Shown here: positions 25,680 to 33,750 of the stretch, piece after piece | Layout: every line of letters starts with the position of its first letter | Position numbering within the stretch: the stretch's first letter is position 1 | From: Fimbriimonadaceae bacterium | Lineage (GTDB): Bacteria; Armatimonadota; Fimbriimonadia; Fimbriimonadales; Fimbriimonadaceae | Direction of reading: 5' to 3' | NCBI GenBank assembly: GCA_046719655.1 | Contig: JBDNCL010000001.1 | Coordinates: forward strand, 1-43,824 | Length of the DNA stretch: 43,824 bases | The notes under the pieces: model-generated | What the model was told of the DNA's origin: nothing | What the model saw: the letters and a program-made list of their open reading frames with translations, nothing else | The model's database searches: none | Translations under genes and position numbers: made by a program

Positions 25680-26463
25680 GTCGCAGGTTCTTCTCCAGGA
25701 AGTTCGTGGACCAGCGCTGGATCTCAAGCCAGGCCGGATAGCCGAACGCATGCCCCTCGCCTTCCAACTCGTGGTACTCGACGGCGACGCCCGCCTGTTC
25801 CAACGCCTTCACGAAGGCGCGGCTCTGCTCGACCGGAACGATGTCGTCGGCGCTGCCGTGCACGACGAGGAAGGGAGCGGCCTCGGCATCGACGTGGGCC
25901 AGCGGACTCGCTTCGCGCCAAGTCGATTCGAAGCCCTCGAATTCCGACCCGAGAAACTGGGTCAGGAAAGCCATGCTGATCGGGAAGTGTCGCTCGCCCG
26001 GCTCGGTGAGGTCGAAAATGCCGCAAAGCGAGACGACCGCGTCGACCCGACCCGAAGGACCCCCGTTCGCTTCGGACGGCGGGTGGTCGAGAAGTCCGGT
26101 CATGGCGGCCAAGTGCCCCCCGGCGCTGTTTCCGAACGACCCGATGCGGTCGGGATCGATCTTCCACTCCTCGGCCTGGGTCCGGCAGAAACGAACGAAG
26201 GACAGGACGTCGTCCACCGCGGCCGGGTAGGGGAACAAGGGCGCGAGACGGTACTGAGGACAAGCGGCGGCGAAGCCGGACTCGGCGAACATCCGAGCGA
26301 CCTCGCCCATGTCCCCTTTGTCTCCCGAAATCCACCCTCCTCCGTGTATGCAGACCACCAGCGGGAGGGTTTCGTCGATCGTCGGTCGGAAAAAGTCGTA
26401 TCGGAGGGGCTTGCCGCCCACAGTCGGGTAGGGCTGGTCCAACCGAACGATCATGGCCGTCAT
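25651..26463 (-). CDS. Alpha/beta hydrolase (esterase/lipase, HGGG type)
   Basis: Internal start MTAMIVRLDQ. VVCIHGGGWISGDK (oxyanion HGGG), GNSAGGHLA (nucleophile elbow GxSxG), VVHGSADDIVP, GEGHAF. Confidence 0.85.
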   Translation of the reverse strand: MTAMIVRLDQPYPTVGGKPLRYDFFRPTIDETLPLVVCIHGGGWISGDKGDMGEVARMFAESGFAAACPQYRLAPLFPYPAAVDDVLSFVRFCRTQAEEWKIDPDRIGSFGNSAGGHLAAMTGLLDHPPSEANGGPSGRVDAVVSLCGIFDLTEPGERHFPISMAFLTQFLGSEFEGFESTWREASPLAHVDAEAAPFLVVHGSADDIVPVEQSRAFVKALEQAGVAVEYHELEGEGHAFGYPAWLEIQRWSTNFLEKNLRHGYRTKRSH

Positions 26464-26507
26464 TTTAGCCGAGGCGGGCGAAGGCTGCCGCGGCCGGGGC
26501 GTTCGGA

Positions 26508-27527
26508 TCAGCCCAATTCCCGCTTCGCCTGCTCCCACAGCGCGTCCCACGCTTCCGGGGACAGTTCCTTCAAGGGGCGGTCGGCGAGGACCTCCATTCG
26601 CATGAATCGGTCCGTGAACCGGTTGAGCATCTTCCGGAGGGCTTCTTCGGGCTCGATGCCGGCCCACCGCGCGACGTTGACGACCGTGAAGAGCAGGTCG
26701 CCGATCTCGGACTCGATTCTCGCCGGGTCCCCTTGGCCGAGCGCTTCGCGAAGCTCGGCCTCCTCTTCCCGCATCTTCTCGAAGACGGCCTCGAAGTTCG
26801 GCCATTCGAACCCGCACCTCGCCGCCCTCTTGCTGATCTCGTAGGCCCGCAGAAGCGACGCCATGCCGCGCGGTACCCCCGCCAAGATCGAACGGGCCCC
26901 GTCCCCCTTCTCGAGCTGCTTGATGCGGTCCCAGTTTCGGAGAACCTCGTCGGGCCCCGACACTTCGACCTGCCCGAACACGTGCGGGTGTCGGTGAACC
27001 AGCTTGCGGCGGATGCGGCGCGCGACGTCGGCGATGTCGAAGTTTCCGGCCAGCCGCTCCATCTGGGCGTGCATGATCGGTTGGAGCAGAAGGTCGCCCA
27101 ACTCCTCCGCCAGCGTGTCCGGGTTGCCGGAGTCGATGGCGTCCAACACCTCGTACGCCTCTTCGAGAAGGTGCCGCTTGAGGGTCTCGTGCGTCTGCTC
27201 CTGGTCCCAAGGGCAGCCGCCCGGACCCAGGAGACGGTCGACCACCTGCACGAGGGCCTCGAGAGACTCCCGGCGGTCCTCTCGTTCGGCCGCCGACGCG
27301 GCGTCGTCCAAGTCCAGAGGAACGGCGATGACCCCGGCCTGGATGCCCTGTCGGGGCAGCGGTCGACACGGGACGCCGCATTCGGCCAGCCAGGAGAAGG
27401 ACGGATGTCCCGGCGAGGCGTGAAACCTCTGCTCGGGGTCGGTCTGCCTCAGGGTGGCCAGGGAAGCGGCGGAACAACTCTCGATCCCACCGCTTCCGAC
27501 TGCGACGACACGGACCATCCCGGCCAA
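26508..27527 (-). CDS. mazG: Nucleoside triphosphate pyrophosphohydrolase MazG with an ~80-aa N-terminal extension
   Basis: Tandem MazG domains: CPWDQEQTHETLKRHLLEEAYEVLDAI...ELGDLLLQ...RHPHVF and EKMREEEAELREAL...EIGDLLFTVVNVARW. The N-terminus is MAGMVRVVAVGSGG.... Confidence 0.9.
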   Translation of the reverse strand: MAGMVRVVAVGSGGIESCSAASLATLRQTDPEQRFHASPGHPSFSWLAECGVPCRPLPRQGIQAGVIAVPLDLDDAASAAEREDRRESLEALVQVVDRLLGPGGCPWDQEQTHETLKRHLLEEAYEVLDAIDSGNPDTLAEELGDLLLQPIMHAQMERLAGNFDIADVARRIRRKLVHRHPHVFGQVEVSGPDEVLRNWDRIKQLEKGDGARSILAGVPRGMASLLRAYEISKRAARCGFEWPNFEAVFEKMREEEAELREALGQGDPARIESEIGDLLFTVVNVARWAGIEPEEALRKMLNRFTDRFMRMEVLADRPLKELSPEAWDALWEQAKRELG

Positions 27528-27552
27528 TTATGGCCGGTCTCCGGCCTCCGCT

Positions 27553-28575
27553 TCAGCGTCCGGTGTTGGACGGCGGCGCGGACGGCGTGGCGCCCGTCTG
27601 CCCGGCTGGGGGGCTCCCCGCATCGCCGCCTTCCAGCGCCTGTCGGACCAGCTGCTGGTACAGCCGCGCGAACTCCGGCTGGCGGATGTCGACCGTGGCG
27701 CGCCGCCTCAACTCCATCAGATCGCGCTGCCAATTGTTGCGGACCGTTCCCCGATCGATCATCATTCGGCGTCGGATCGCGCGCCGCAGCTGGTCGTCGA
27801 GCGGCTTGACCTCCTCCGGCAGGATGTCCTCCACCAAAAACTTCATGTAGGTGGAGCCCGCCGTCACCCACGCGGTCGTTTGTCCGATCCGGACGGCCGT
27901 GATCGCGTTCCGCATCGGTTCGGTCAGGGCGTTCAGGGCCACTTGGCCGAATTCGCCGCCGACGGCCCGGCTGACGTCCTCGCTGTGCTCCCGGGCCACG
28001 TCGGCAAACGGACGCCCGCTGGCCAACGCCTGATCCACGACTTCGCGCTTGGCCGCATCGCGGGTCGCGATCACGCGGAGCTTCGCCCGCCGGGGGGACG
28101 TGAAGAGAGACCGGTTCTGGTTGTAGAACGTCTCCACCTCCTGGTCGGTGACGTTGATCCCGGCCGTCTGCAGTTTGAACTGCGCCACCTGGACCCGGAA
28201 CAGGTACTGCAGTTCGGCCTGATTGCGCCCGGAGTCGAGCCAGCTCTGCAGGAGGTTCGGCTGCTCGGACATGGCGAACTGAATCTCTTGCTGCACCTCG
28301 GCGTCGGTCGGCGCGACCCCCTTTTCGCGGGCCAGCTGAAGGATCAGGCGCTCCGTGACGAGTTGCTCGATCGTCAGCAGACCGGGCGGGTATTCGAAGA
28401 TCTGATTGCCGACCCGACGCCCGACGGCGGGCAGGAACTCCATGCGTCGGTAATACTCGGCACCGCGGATCTCCTCGCCGTTGACGACGGCGACGACGCG
28501 GTTGTTGTCGACCTGCCCGAACGCCGGAAGGGAGGCCGACAAAGCCAGCCCCAAAACCCAAACTCGAATACTCAT
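27553..28575 (-). CDS. Secreted peptidyl-prolyl isomerase, SurA/PrsA (parvulin) family
   Basis: Internal start MSIRVWVLGLALSASLPAFGQ, with GGAGGA upstream. SurA-N-like: VVAVVNGEEIRGAEYY. Parvulin-like: PFADVAREHSEDVSRAVGGEFGQV. Confidence 0.8.
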   Translation of the reverse strand: MSIRVWVLGLALSASLPAFGQVDNNRVVAVVNGEEIRGAEYYRRMEFLPAVGRRVGNQIFEYPPGLLTIEQLVTERLILQLAREKGVAPTDAEVQQEIQFAMSEQPNLLQSWLDSGRNQAELQYLFRVQVAQFKLQTAGINVTDQEVETFYNQNRSLFTSPRRAKLRVIATRDAAKREVVDQALASGRPFADVAREHSEDVSRAVGGEFGQVALNALTEPMRNAITAVRIGQTTAWVTAGSTYMKFLVEDILPEEVKPLDDQLRRAIRRRMMIDRGTVRNNWQRDLMELRRRATVDIRQPEFARLYQQLVRQALEGGDAGSPPAGQTGATPSAPPSNTGR

Positions 28576-28697
28576 CCCATCCTCCGAAGGAGCGGCGCAC
28601 CGCCGGCCCATTGGTTTAACGACGGAGCACGGACCCCGTCTTGTCGCAAAGCCCCGAAAGACCCAAGAGAGCCCGGGTCGCGGGGACGGTCCCGAAG

Positions 28698-29591
28698 CTA
28701 CTTCCTCAACCGTTCGAGCAGTTCGGGGATGGCGTGGAACAGGTCCGCCACCAACCCTAGATCGGCAAACTCGAAGATCGGCGCATCCGGGTCCTTGTTG
28801 ATGGCGACGATCGTCTTGCTGTCCTTGATTCCGGCCATGTGTTGGGTCGAGCCCGAGATTCCGGCCGCGATGTAGAGGTTCGGCGCGACGACCTTCCCGG
28901 TCTGGCCCACTTGAAGCTCGTTCGGGGCGATGCCGCTGTCGACGGCGGCTCGCGTGGCCCCGGCCGCGCCTCCCAACGCGTCGGCCAGACCCCCGATCAG
29001 GCGCTCGTACGTCTCTGCATCTCCGAGAGGGCGACCGCCGCTGACGACGACCTGGGCTTGGGCGAGATCGGGCCGCGCTCCCGCCTGCTGGTGAACCTCG
29101 ACGCGCCGCGCCGAGCCGGAAACGGCCAGATCGAGCGCCTCCACGCGGGAGGCGGTCAGGCCGTCCGGAACCGGGAACCCGGCGGGCCGAAAGGTTAGAA
29201 CCACCGGGGTCTCGAGGACTTCGACGGTGGCGAGGAGAGAACCGGCGACGATGGGACGCTGAAACTGGGTCGGGGAACACGCGGCCACAACGTCGGTCAA
29301 CGCCGCAGCGTCGAGGACACCGGCGACCCGGGCCATCAGGTCTTTGCTGGCCATGGAGGACACGGCGGCGATGTGGGTGTAGCCGGCGCACAGACCGGAT
29401 ACAGCCGGCGCGAGACCGTCGGCCGGCGGCACTTCGCTCCATCCGGTCGCTCGGACGACGTCGGCCCCGCAGGCACCGTCGGGTGAACCCGACAAGAGGA
29501 CGGCGTCGTACGCCGCCGAAAGGGCCTTGGCCAAACCCGCCCCGGCGGCCAGATCGGACGGTTGAAACGCGATCAAGAGCAGGCGGCTCAC
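28698..29591 (-). CDS. etfA: Electron transfer flavoprotein subunit alpha
   Basis: GTG start overlapping the etfB stop (GTGA). C-terminal FAD motif: ELQVGQTGKVVAPNLYIAAGISGSTQHMAGIKDSKTIVAINKDPDAPIF. Confidence 0.93.
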   Translation of the reverse strand: MSRLLLIAFQPSDLAAGAGLAKALSAAYDAVLLSGSPDGACGADVVRATGWSEVPPADGLAPAVSGLCAGYTHIAAVSSMASKDLMARVAGVLDAAALTDVVAACSPTQFQRPIVAGSLLATVEVLETPVVLTFRPAGFPVPDGLTASRVEALDLAVSGSARRVEVHQQAGARPDLAQAQVVVSGGRPLGDAETYERLIGGLADALGGAAGATRAAVDSGIAPNELQVGQTGKVVAPNLYIAAGISGSTQHMAGIKDSKTIVAINKDPDAPIFEFADLGLVADLFHAIPELLERLRK

Positions 29592-30328
29592 GCGAGCACC
29601 CCCTTGGATCGGAGTTCGGAGACCAGGTCGTCGACCGAGGCGACCCGCTTTCCGGCCCCTCTCGCGGGCGGCGCGGCCACCCCGACGACGCGCGTCTTGA
29701 GCCGCCAGGTCGTCAGCGGGGCTCTCCTTTCCAGAGGTTTGGTACGAGCCTTGATGATGCCGGGCAGAGCGACATAGCGCGGTTCATTGAGTCGGAGGTC
29801 GGTCGTGACCACGCCCGGCAGTTCGAACTCGAGCGTCTCCGTTCCCTTGTCGGTTTCCCGGGTCACCCGCGCCTTGCCCTCCGCCAGTTCGATTTTGCAG
29901 GCGAACGTGGCTTGCGGCCGTCCCAGTTTCGCGGAGAGCATCTGGCCCGCCTGATTGCAGTCGTCGTCGGTGGCCTGTTTGCCCATGATCACCAGGTCCG
30001 GGTTCAGCTCGCGCACCCAGGCCGCCAACTCTCCCGCCACTCCCGGCGGGTCGATCGGGGCCGTCGTCTCCACGAGGATCGCCTTGTCGGCGCCGATGGC
30101 GAGGGCTTTGCGCAGCTGCTCCTCGCACTCGGGTCCGCCGATGCTGATGGCGATCAGCTCGGTCTCTGGGCTCCGCTCCTTGATCCGGACCGCCTCCTCG
30201 AGGGCGATCTCGTCGAAAGGATTGATTTCAAATTTCGCGCCGGTGAAGTCGATGCCGCTGCCGTCGGGAAGGGGCTTGACCTTCGCATAGGGATCGATCA
30301 CGCGCTTGACAGGGACAAGAATCCTCAT
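29588..30328 (-). CDS. etfB: Electron transfer flavoprotein subunit beta
   Basis: Internal start MRILVPVKRVIDPYAKVK...FEINPFDEIALEEAVRIKE...DLVIMGKQATDDDCNQAGQMLA. Confidence 0.93.
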   Translation of the reverse strand: MRILVPVKRVIDPYAKVKPLPDGSGIDFTGAKFEINPFDEIALEEAVRIKERSPETELIAISIGGPECEEQLRKALAIGADKAILVETTAPIDPPGVAGELAAWVRELNPDLVIMGKQATDDDCNQAGQMLSAKLGRPQATFACKIELAEGKARVTRETDKGTETLEFELPGVVTTDLRLNEPRYVALPGIIKARTKPLERRAPLTTWRLKTRVVGVAAPPARGAGKRVASVDDLVSELRSKGVLA

Positions 30329-30563
30329 ATCGGTCTCACGTCGGTGTGGGCCGCAGGGTCGGACGCCGCTCCTTCCCTTCGGACGCACAAGAGGATACTT
30401 CACGTCCGAGGTCGGCATCCTCCGCGGCAGGCGCATCCACCCGTCTCCGATCGGACGTCGACGTTTGGAAAAGGCAAGCATCCGTCCAGAAAAGGCCCTA
30501 ACTGCGGCGTAGAACTGCGAAAACCAAAAGTGGAGTTCAGTTTTATGCGGTATCGTTGGTTCG

Positions 30564-30971
30564 ATGAGCCACGACAAGCTGCACGACATCCCGGCTAGAG
30601 ACCCCGTCAGCGGCAAGGAGTTCATCGTCACCGAGCTCTTCTGCGAGGAAAGTGGCGTGACCGTCCGCGGGAGGTTTGCCGTTCCCCGGTACGCGAAACT
30701 CGACCCGGAGCAGGCAAAGTTCCTGGAAGCCTTTCTGCGCTGTCGGGGCATGCTGAACAGCGTCGAACGCGAACTGGGAATCAGCTACCCCACCGTCCGT
30801 TCACGTCTCGACGCTCTCCTCCAGGCTCTCGATCTCACGCCGGTCAGGGACGACTCCGCCCGGAGAGAGAAGAACGCCGAACGCCGCCGGAAGATCCTCG
30901 AGCAACTCGAGGCCGGCGAAATCACCCCCGAAGAAGCCAAGAAGCGAATCAAAGAGGAAGCCAACCGATGA
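30564..30971 (+). CDS. DUF2089 domain protein (HTH) with a SHOCT-like C-terminal tail
   Basis: CPVSG-type N-terminus is degenerate here (DPVSGKEFIVTELFCEESGVTVRGRF). FLEAFLRCRGMLNSVERELGISYPTVRSRLDALL matches DUF2089. The tail is ILEQLEAGEITPEEAKKRIKE. Confidence 0.8.
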   Translation: MSHDKLHDIPARDPVSGKEFIVTELFCEESGVTVRGRFAVPRYAKLDPEQAKFLEAFLRCRGMLNSVERELGISYPTVRSRLDALLQALDLTPVRDDSARREKNAERRRKILEQLEAGEITPEEAKKRIKEEANR

Positions 30972-32197
30972 AAGACGAGATCCGCCGCATCATGAACATG
31001 GTCAAAGAAGGGCGTCTCAGCCCCGAGGACGCGGCCGAACTCATCGACGCGATCACCGCCAACGAGGACGCCGACAACGGGGCGAAAGCGTCGGGCCCCG
31101 AATCGGGAACTTCCGGCGATGACGCGAAAGGGGAACGGACCGGACCGGAACAGAAGAAGGATCCGGTCAAGTCCTTCGTCGACTTCGTCGAGAGTCTCGG
31201 AAAGGAAGTCACCCACAACGTCGACTGGCCCGAGGTCGCCCGGCAGATTCGCGAGGGTGCGAAGCGGGGGGCCGAGGGGCTGAGGCAGGGCCTGGAGCAG
31301 GTGTCGAAGGGGAAATGGACATGGAGCTGGTCCAGGGCCACCGAAGAGAAGGTCGTGACGCTGCCCCTCGGAAGGATCGAGGGCAAGCTTCTGAAGATCG
31401 AGAACTCCTGCGGCGACGTCAAGGTTGTCGGCAACGCCGACCGGGGCGAAGTCGTCGCGACCGCCCGAATCCGAGGGGTCGACGAAGCCGACGCCAAAGC
31501 CAAGGCCGATTCCTACACCCTCATGGTCGAGGAGTCGGAACACGAGGTTCTCATCAAGCAGCCGGATGTCAGCGGACTGACGGTCGACCTGTCGATCAAG
31601 ATCGCCGGCACCGGGAACGTCGAGATCCGGAGCAACTCCGGCGACATCGACGTACAAAACACCGGCGGGTCGTGCCGAATCCACACTCACTCCGGCGACA
31701 TCCAGATGAGGGGGCTGAACGGCCCCGTCGAGGCCCATGTCCAGTCCGGCGATCTGCGCCTCGAGAACACCTCGTCGCCGTCCGTCAGCGTGGAGAGCGC
31801 CTCCGGCGATCTGGTCCTGAACAACGTGTCGGGCAACATTCGGCTCAGGAGCGCGAGCGGCGATCTGATCGTCCGCGACTGTTCCGGCAAGACGGTCTCG
31901 ATCGAGACGGTTTCGGGGGACACGGTCGTGGACCTCGTCGAGCCCGTGTCCGGAACCGTGAACATCCGCTCGGTCAACGGAAACTCGATTCTGTCGATCG
32001 TGGACGGATCGGACTGCCGAGTCTCCCTGTCGACCCTCCGCGGCGAGGTGTTCTGCTCCGTTCCCCTGGCCGACGAGCACCGGAGCGAGGCCGTCGTATC
32101 GGGTCGGATGGGGGACGGGCTGGGATCGATCGACGTGAGCGCGATCAACGGCGACGTCCATCTCAAACTCCGGGATCATTCCGAGCCGGCGTCCTGA
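30968..32197 (+). CDS. DUF4097 family beta-strand repeat protein with an N-terminal SHOCT-like segment
   Basis: Overlaps the upstream stop (ATGA). N-terminus IMNMVKEGRLSPEDAAELIDAI. Then reiterated SGD(I/L)xV units (SGDIDVQNTGGSCRIHTHSGDIQMRGL...SGDLRLEN...SGDLVLNNVSGNIRLRSASGDLIVRD...) that are typical of DUF4097. Confidence 0.85.
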   Translation: MKDEIRRIMNMVKEGRLSPEDAAELIDAITANEDADNGAKASGPESGTSGDDAKGERTGPEQKKDPVKSFVDFVESLGKEVTHNVDWPEVARQIREGAKRGAEGLRQGLEQVSKGKWTWSWSRATEEKVVTLPLGRIEGKLLKIENSCGDVKVVGNADRGEVVATARIRGVDEADAKAKADSYTLMVEESEHEVLIKQPDVSGLTVDLSIKIAGTGNVEIRSNSGDIDVQNTGGSCRIHTHSGDIQMRGLNGPVEAHVQSGDLRLENTSSPSVSVESASGDLVLNNVSGNIRLRSASGDLIVRDCSGKTVSIETVSGDTVVDLVEPVSGTVNIRSVNGNSILSIVDGSDCRVSLSTLRGEVFCSVPLADEHRSEAVVSGRMGDGLGSIDVSAINGDVHLKLRDHSEPAS

Positions 32198-32293
32198 CAT
32201 CGGCCGACCCCGACGAGGCGGAGGGCGGCTGCCTCGACCGCAGCCTCCCTCGGCCGGGTTCGAACTCGGTTCCCAACCGGGGGTCCCGCGTCC

Positions 32294-32299
32294 CATAAT
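32294..32299 (+). promoter_or_regulatory. -10-like hexamer CATAAT, 7 nt upstream of the EVE gene ATG
   Basis: tccCATAATcgggtccATG. No Shine-Dalgarno. Confidence 0.4.
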
Positions 32300-32306
32300 C
32301 GGGTCC

Positions 32307-32771
32307 ATGGCTTACTGGCTGATGAAGTCGGAACCCGACGTCTACAGCATCGACGACCTGGTCCGCGAAGGAACCGGAATGTGGGAGGGATGCCGAAACT
32401 ACACCGTCCGGAACTTCATCCGCGACGCCATGTCCCCGGGAGACCTCGCCTTCTTCTACCACTCGAACGCCGACCCCTCCGGCATCGCGGGAGAGATGGA
32501 GATCGTCGGTCCCGCGTATCCCGACCCGACCCAGTTCGATCCGTCGAGCGAATATTACGACCCCAAGTCGGACCCGGCGAACCCGCGTTGGCTTGTCCGC
32601 GACGTGCGCTTCGTGCGGAAGTACCCGCGCGTGATCGGTCTGTCCGAGCTGCGCTCGACGCCCGGTCTCGAGGAGATGCTGGTCCTCCGGCGCGGCCAAC
32701 GCCTGAGCATCATGCCCGTCACACCCGAAGAGTGGCGCATCGTCCGGCGATTGGCGGAAACGACCGGCTAG
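32307..32771 (+). CDS. EVE (PUA-like, DUF55) domain protein
   Basis: MAYWLMKSEPDVYSIDDL...GMWEGCRNYTVRNFIRDAMSPGDLAFFYHSN...GIAGEMEIV...NPRWLVRDVRF... Confidence 0.9.
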   Translation: MAYWLMKSEPDVYSIDDLVREGTGMWEGCRNYTVRNFIRDAMSPGDLAFFYHSNADPSGIAGEMEIVGPAYPDPTQFDPSSEYYDPKSDPANPRWLVRDVRFVRKYPRVIGLSELRSTPGLEEMLVLRRGQRLSIMPVTPEEWRIVRRLAETTG

Positions 32772-33149
32772 CCGGGCGCCGTCTTCGACCGCATGCGCCC
32801 GACGGGCGCAACCGCGGGCGGGGCGGCCTGTCGCCGAGGACGGAACCCCGGCGACCGGTTCCGACCGCGAGTCTCGGGCCGAGGATCGCGACGAACGCCG
32901 AAACCGGCCGAATCCGGACGCGGTCTGTAACCGGGGTCGAACGTCCGCCGGATCGGGCGACTCGCGCCGCCTCCGCCGCGGCGAGAAAGGGAAGAGGCGC
33001 CGATTCGGGTTCAGGCGGCTTTACGAACCCTGTTGGCGCCGAATGGGTTATTCCCGCTGCCGCGTTCGGGCACCCCGGGTGTCCTACCAGGTTGCCGCCG
33101 TCCGAATGTATAGAAAAATTTAGGCATGAGTCCAACTCAAATATGGAAC

Positions 33150-33176
33150 TTGATAGCTGCAGACTCATGTTAGAAT
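33150..33176 (+). promoter_or_regulatory. Sigma-70-type promoter for hsp20 (TTGATA, 15-nt spacer, TGtTAGAAT)
   Basis: -35 TTGATA at 33150-33155. TG at 33168-33169. -10 TAGAAT at 33171-33176. It sits in the only AT-rich island of the window, about 43 nt upstream of the ATG. Confidence 0.5.
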
Positions 33177-33218
33177 AGAGTGCAGATGTCAAGTGCAAAC
33201 CCAATCAGGAGGATGAAC

Positions 33219-33671
33219 ATGAACAACATCGTCACTTGGAACCCGATTCGAGACATTCGACGCATGGAGGAGATGTTCGACCGGCTGTTCGAGGGCACGG
33301 TCCTGGGCCGAACTCCGAATGTGGCCGCCCTCCCGATCGACGTGTTCGAGCGAGACGGGAAGCTCTTTGTCAAGGCGGCCGTTCCGGGTGTGTGCCCCGA
33401 AGATCTCGACATCACGGTCGAAGAGAACGTTCTCACGATCCGGGGCGAGACGAAGGCGGAGGAGACCACCGAGGACATGAAGGTGTACCGCCGGGAGGTC
33501 GCCTACGGGACGTTCAGCCGCTCGGTCAGGCTGCCGGAGAACCTGAACTTCGAGCAGATCGATGCCGAGTTCCGAAACGGATTCGTCACCGTTTCCATCC
33601 CCTACCTGCCCGAAGAGAAGCCGAAGACGGTCAAGGTGAACGTCCGCAACACCGAGAGCCCAAAGGCCTGA
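33219..33671 (+). CDS. Hsp20 / alpha-crystallin family small heat-shock protein
   Basis: AGGAGG at 33207-33212 lies 6 nt before ATG 33219. PIDVFERDGKLFVKAAVPGVCPEDLDITVEENVLTIRGE...GTFSRSVRLPENLNFEQIDAEFRNGFVTVSIP. Confidence 0.92.
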   Translation: MNNIVTWNPIRDIRRMEEMFDRLFEGTVLGRTPNVAALPIDVFERDGKLFVKAAVPGVCPEDLDITVEENVLTIRGETKAEETTEDMKVYRREVAYGTFSRSVRLPENLNFEQIDAEFRNGFVTVSIPYLPEEKPKTVKVNVRNTESPKA

Positions 33672-33693
33672 CCTTCGCCGGCCCGGAATGAGC

Positions 33694-33724
33694 GCGGGGT
33701 GCTCCGGAAACCGGAGCACCCCGC
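33694..33724. terminator. Perfect 14-bp GC hairpin between convergent genes (no U-tract)
   Basis: GCGGGGTGCTCCGG aaa CCGGAGCACCCCGC. Confidence 0.6.
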
Positions 33725-33750
33725 ACGATTGAGTCGTCAACCGGAGGAGA

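Noticed and set aside
30329-30563. The 68-aa ORF 30306..30512, and small repeats (AACTGCG twice, GAACT/AGTTC), in the etfB/DUF2089 divergent region
   Set aside because: The ORF translation is Arg/Gly-rich with no start context. The repeats are too short to interpret. I treat this as a divergent promoter region.
32719-33204. The 161-aa minus-strand ORF across the EVE-hsp20 spacer
   Set aside because: It starts inside the AT-rich hsp20 promoter, has low-complexity Arg/Pro/Gly content and no motif. It is not credible as a gene.
33101-33220. CIRCE or canonical HAIR heat-shock operators upstream of hsp20
   Set aside because: There is no TTAGCACTC-N9-GAGTGCTAA. The TGAGT/ACTCA repeat has 3-nt rather than 7-nt spacing. 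It is kept only as an unclassified operator-like repeat. The 36-nt predicted UTR has no anti-SD stretch, so a ROSE-type RNA thermometer is unlikely.
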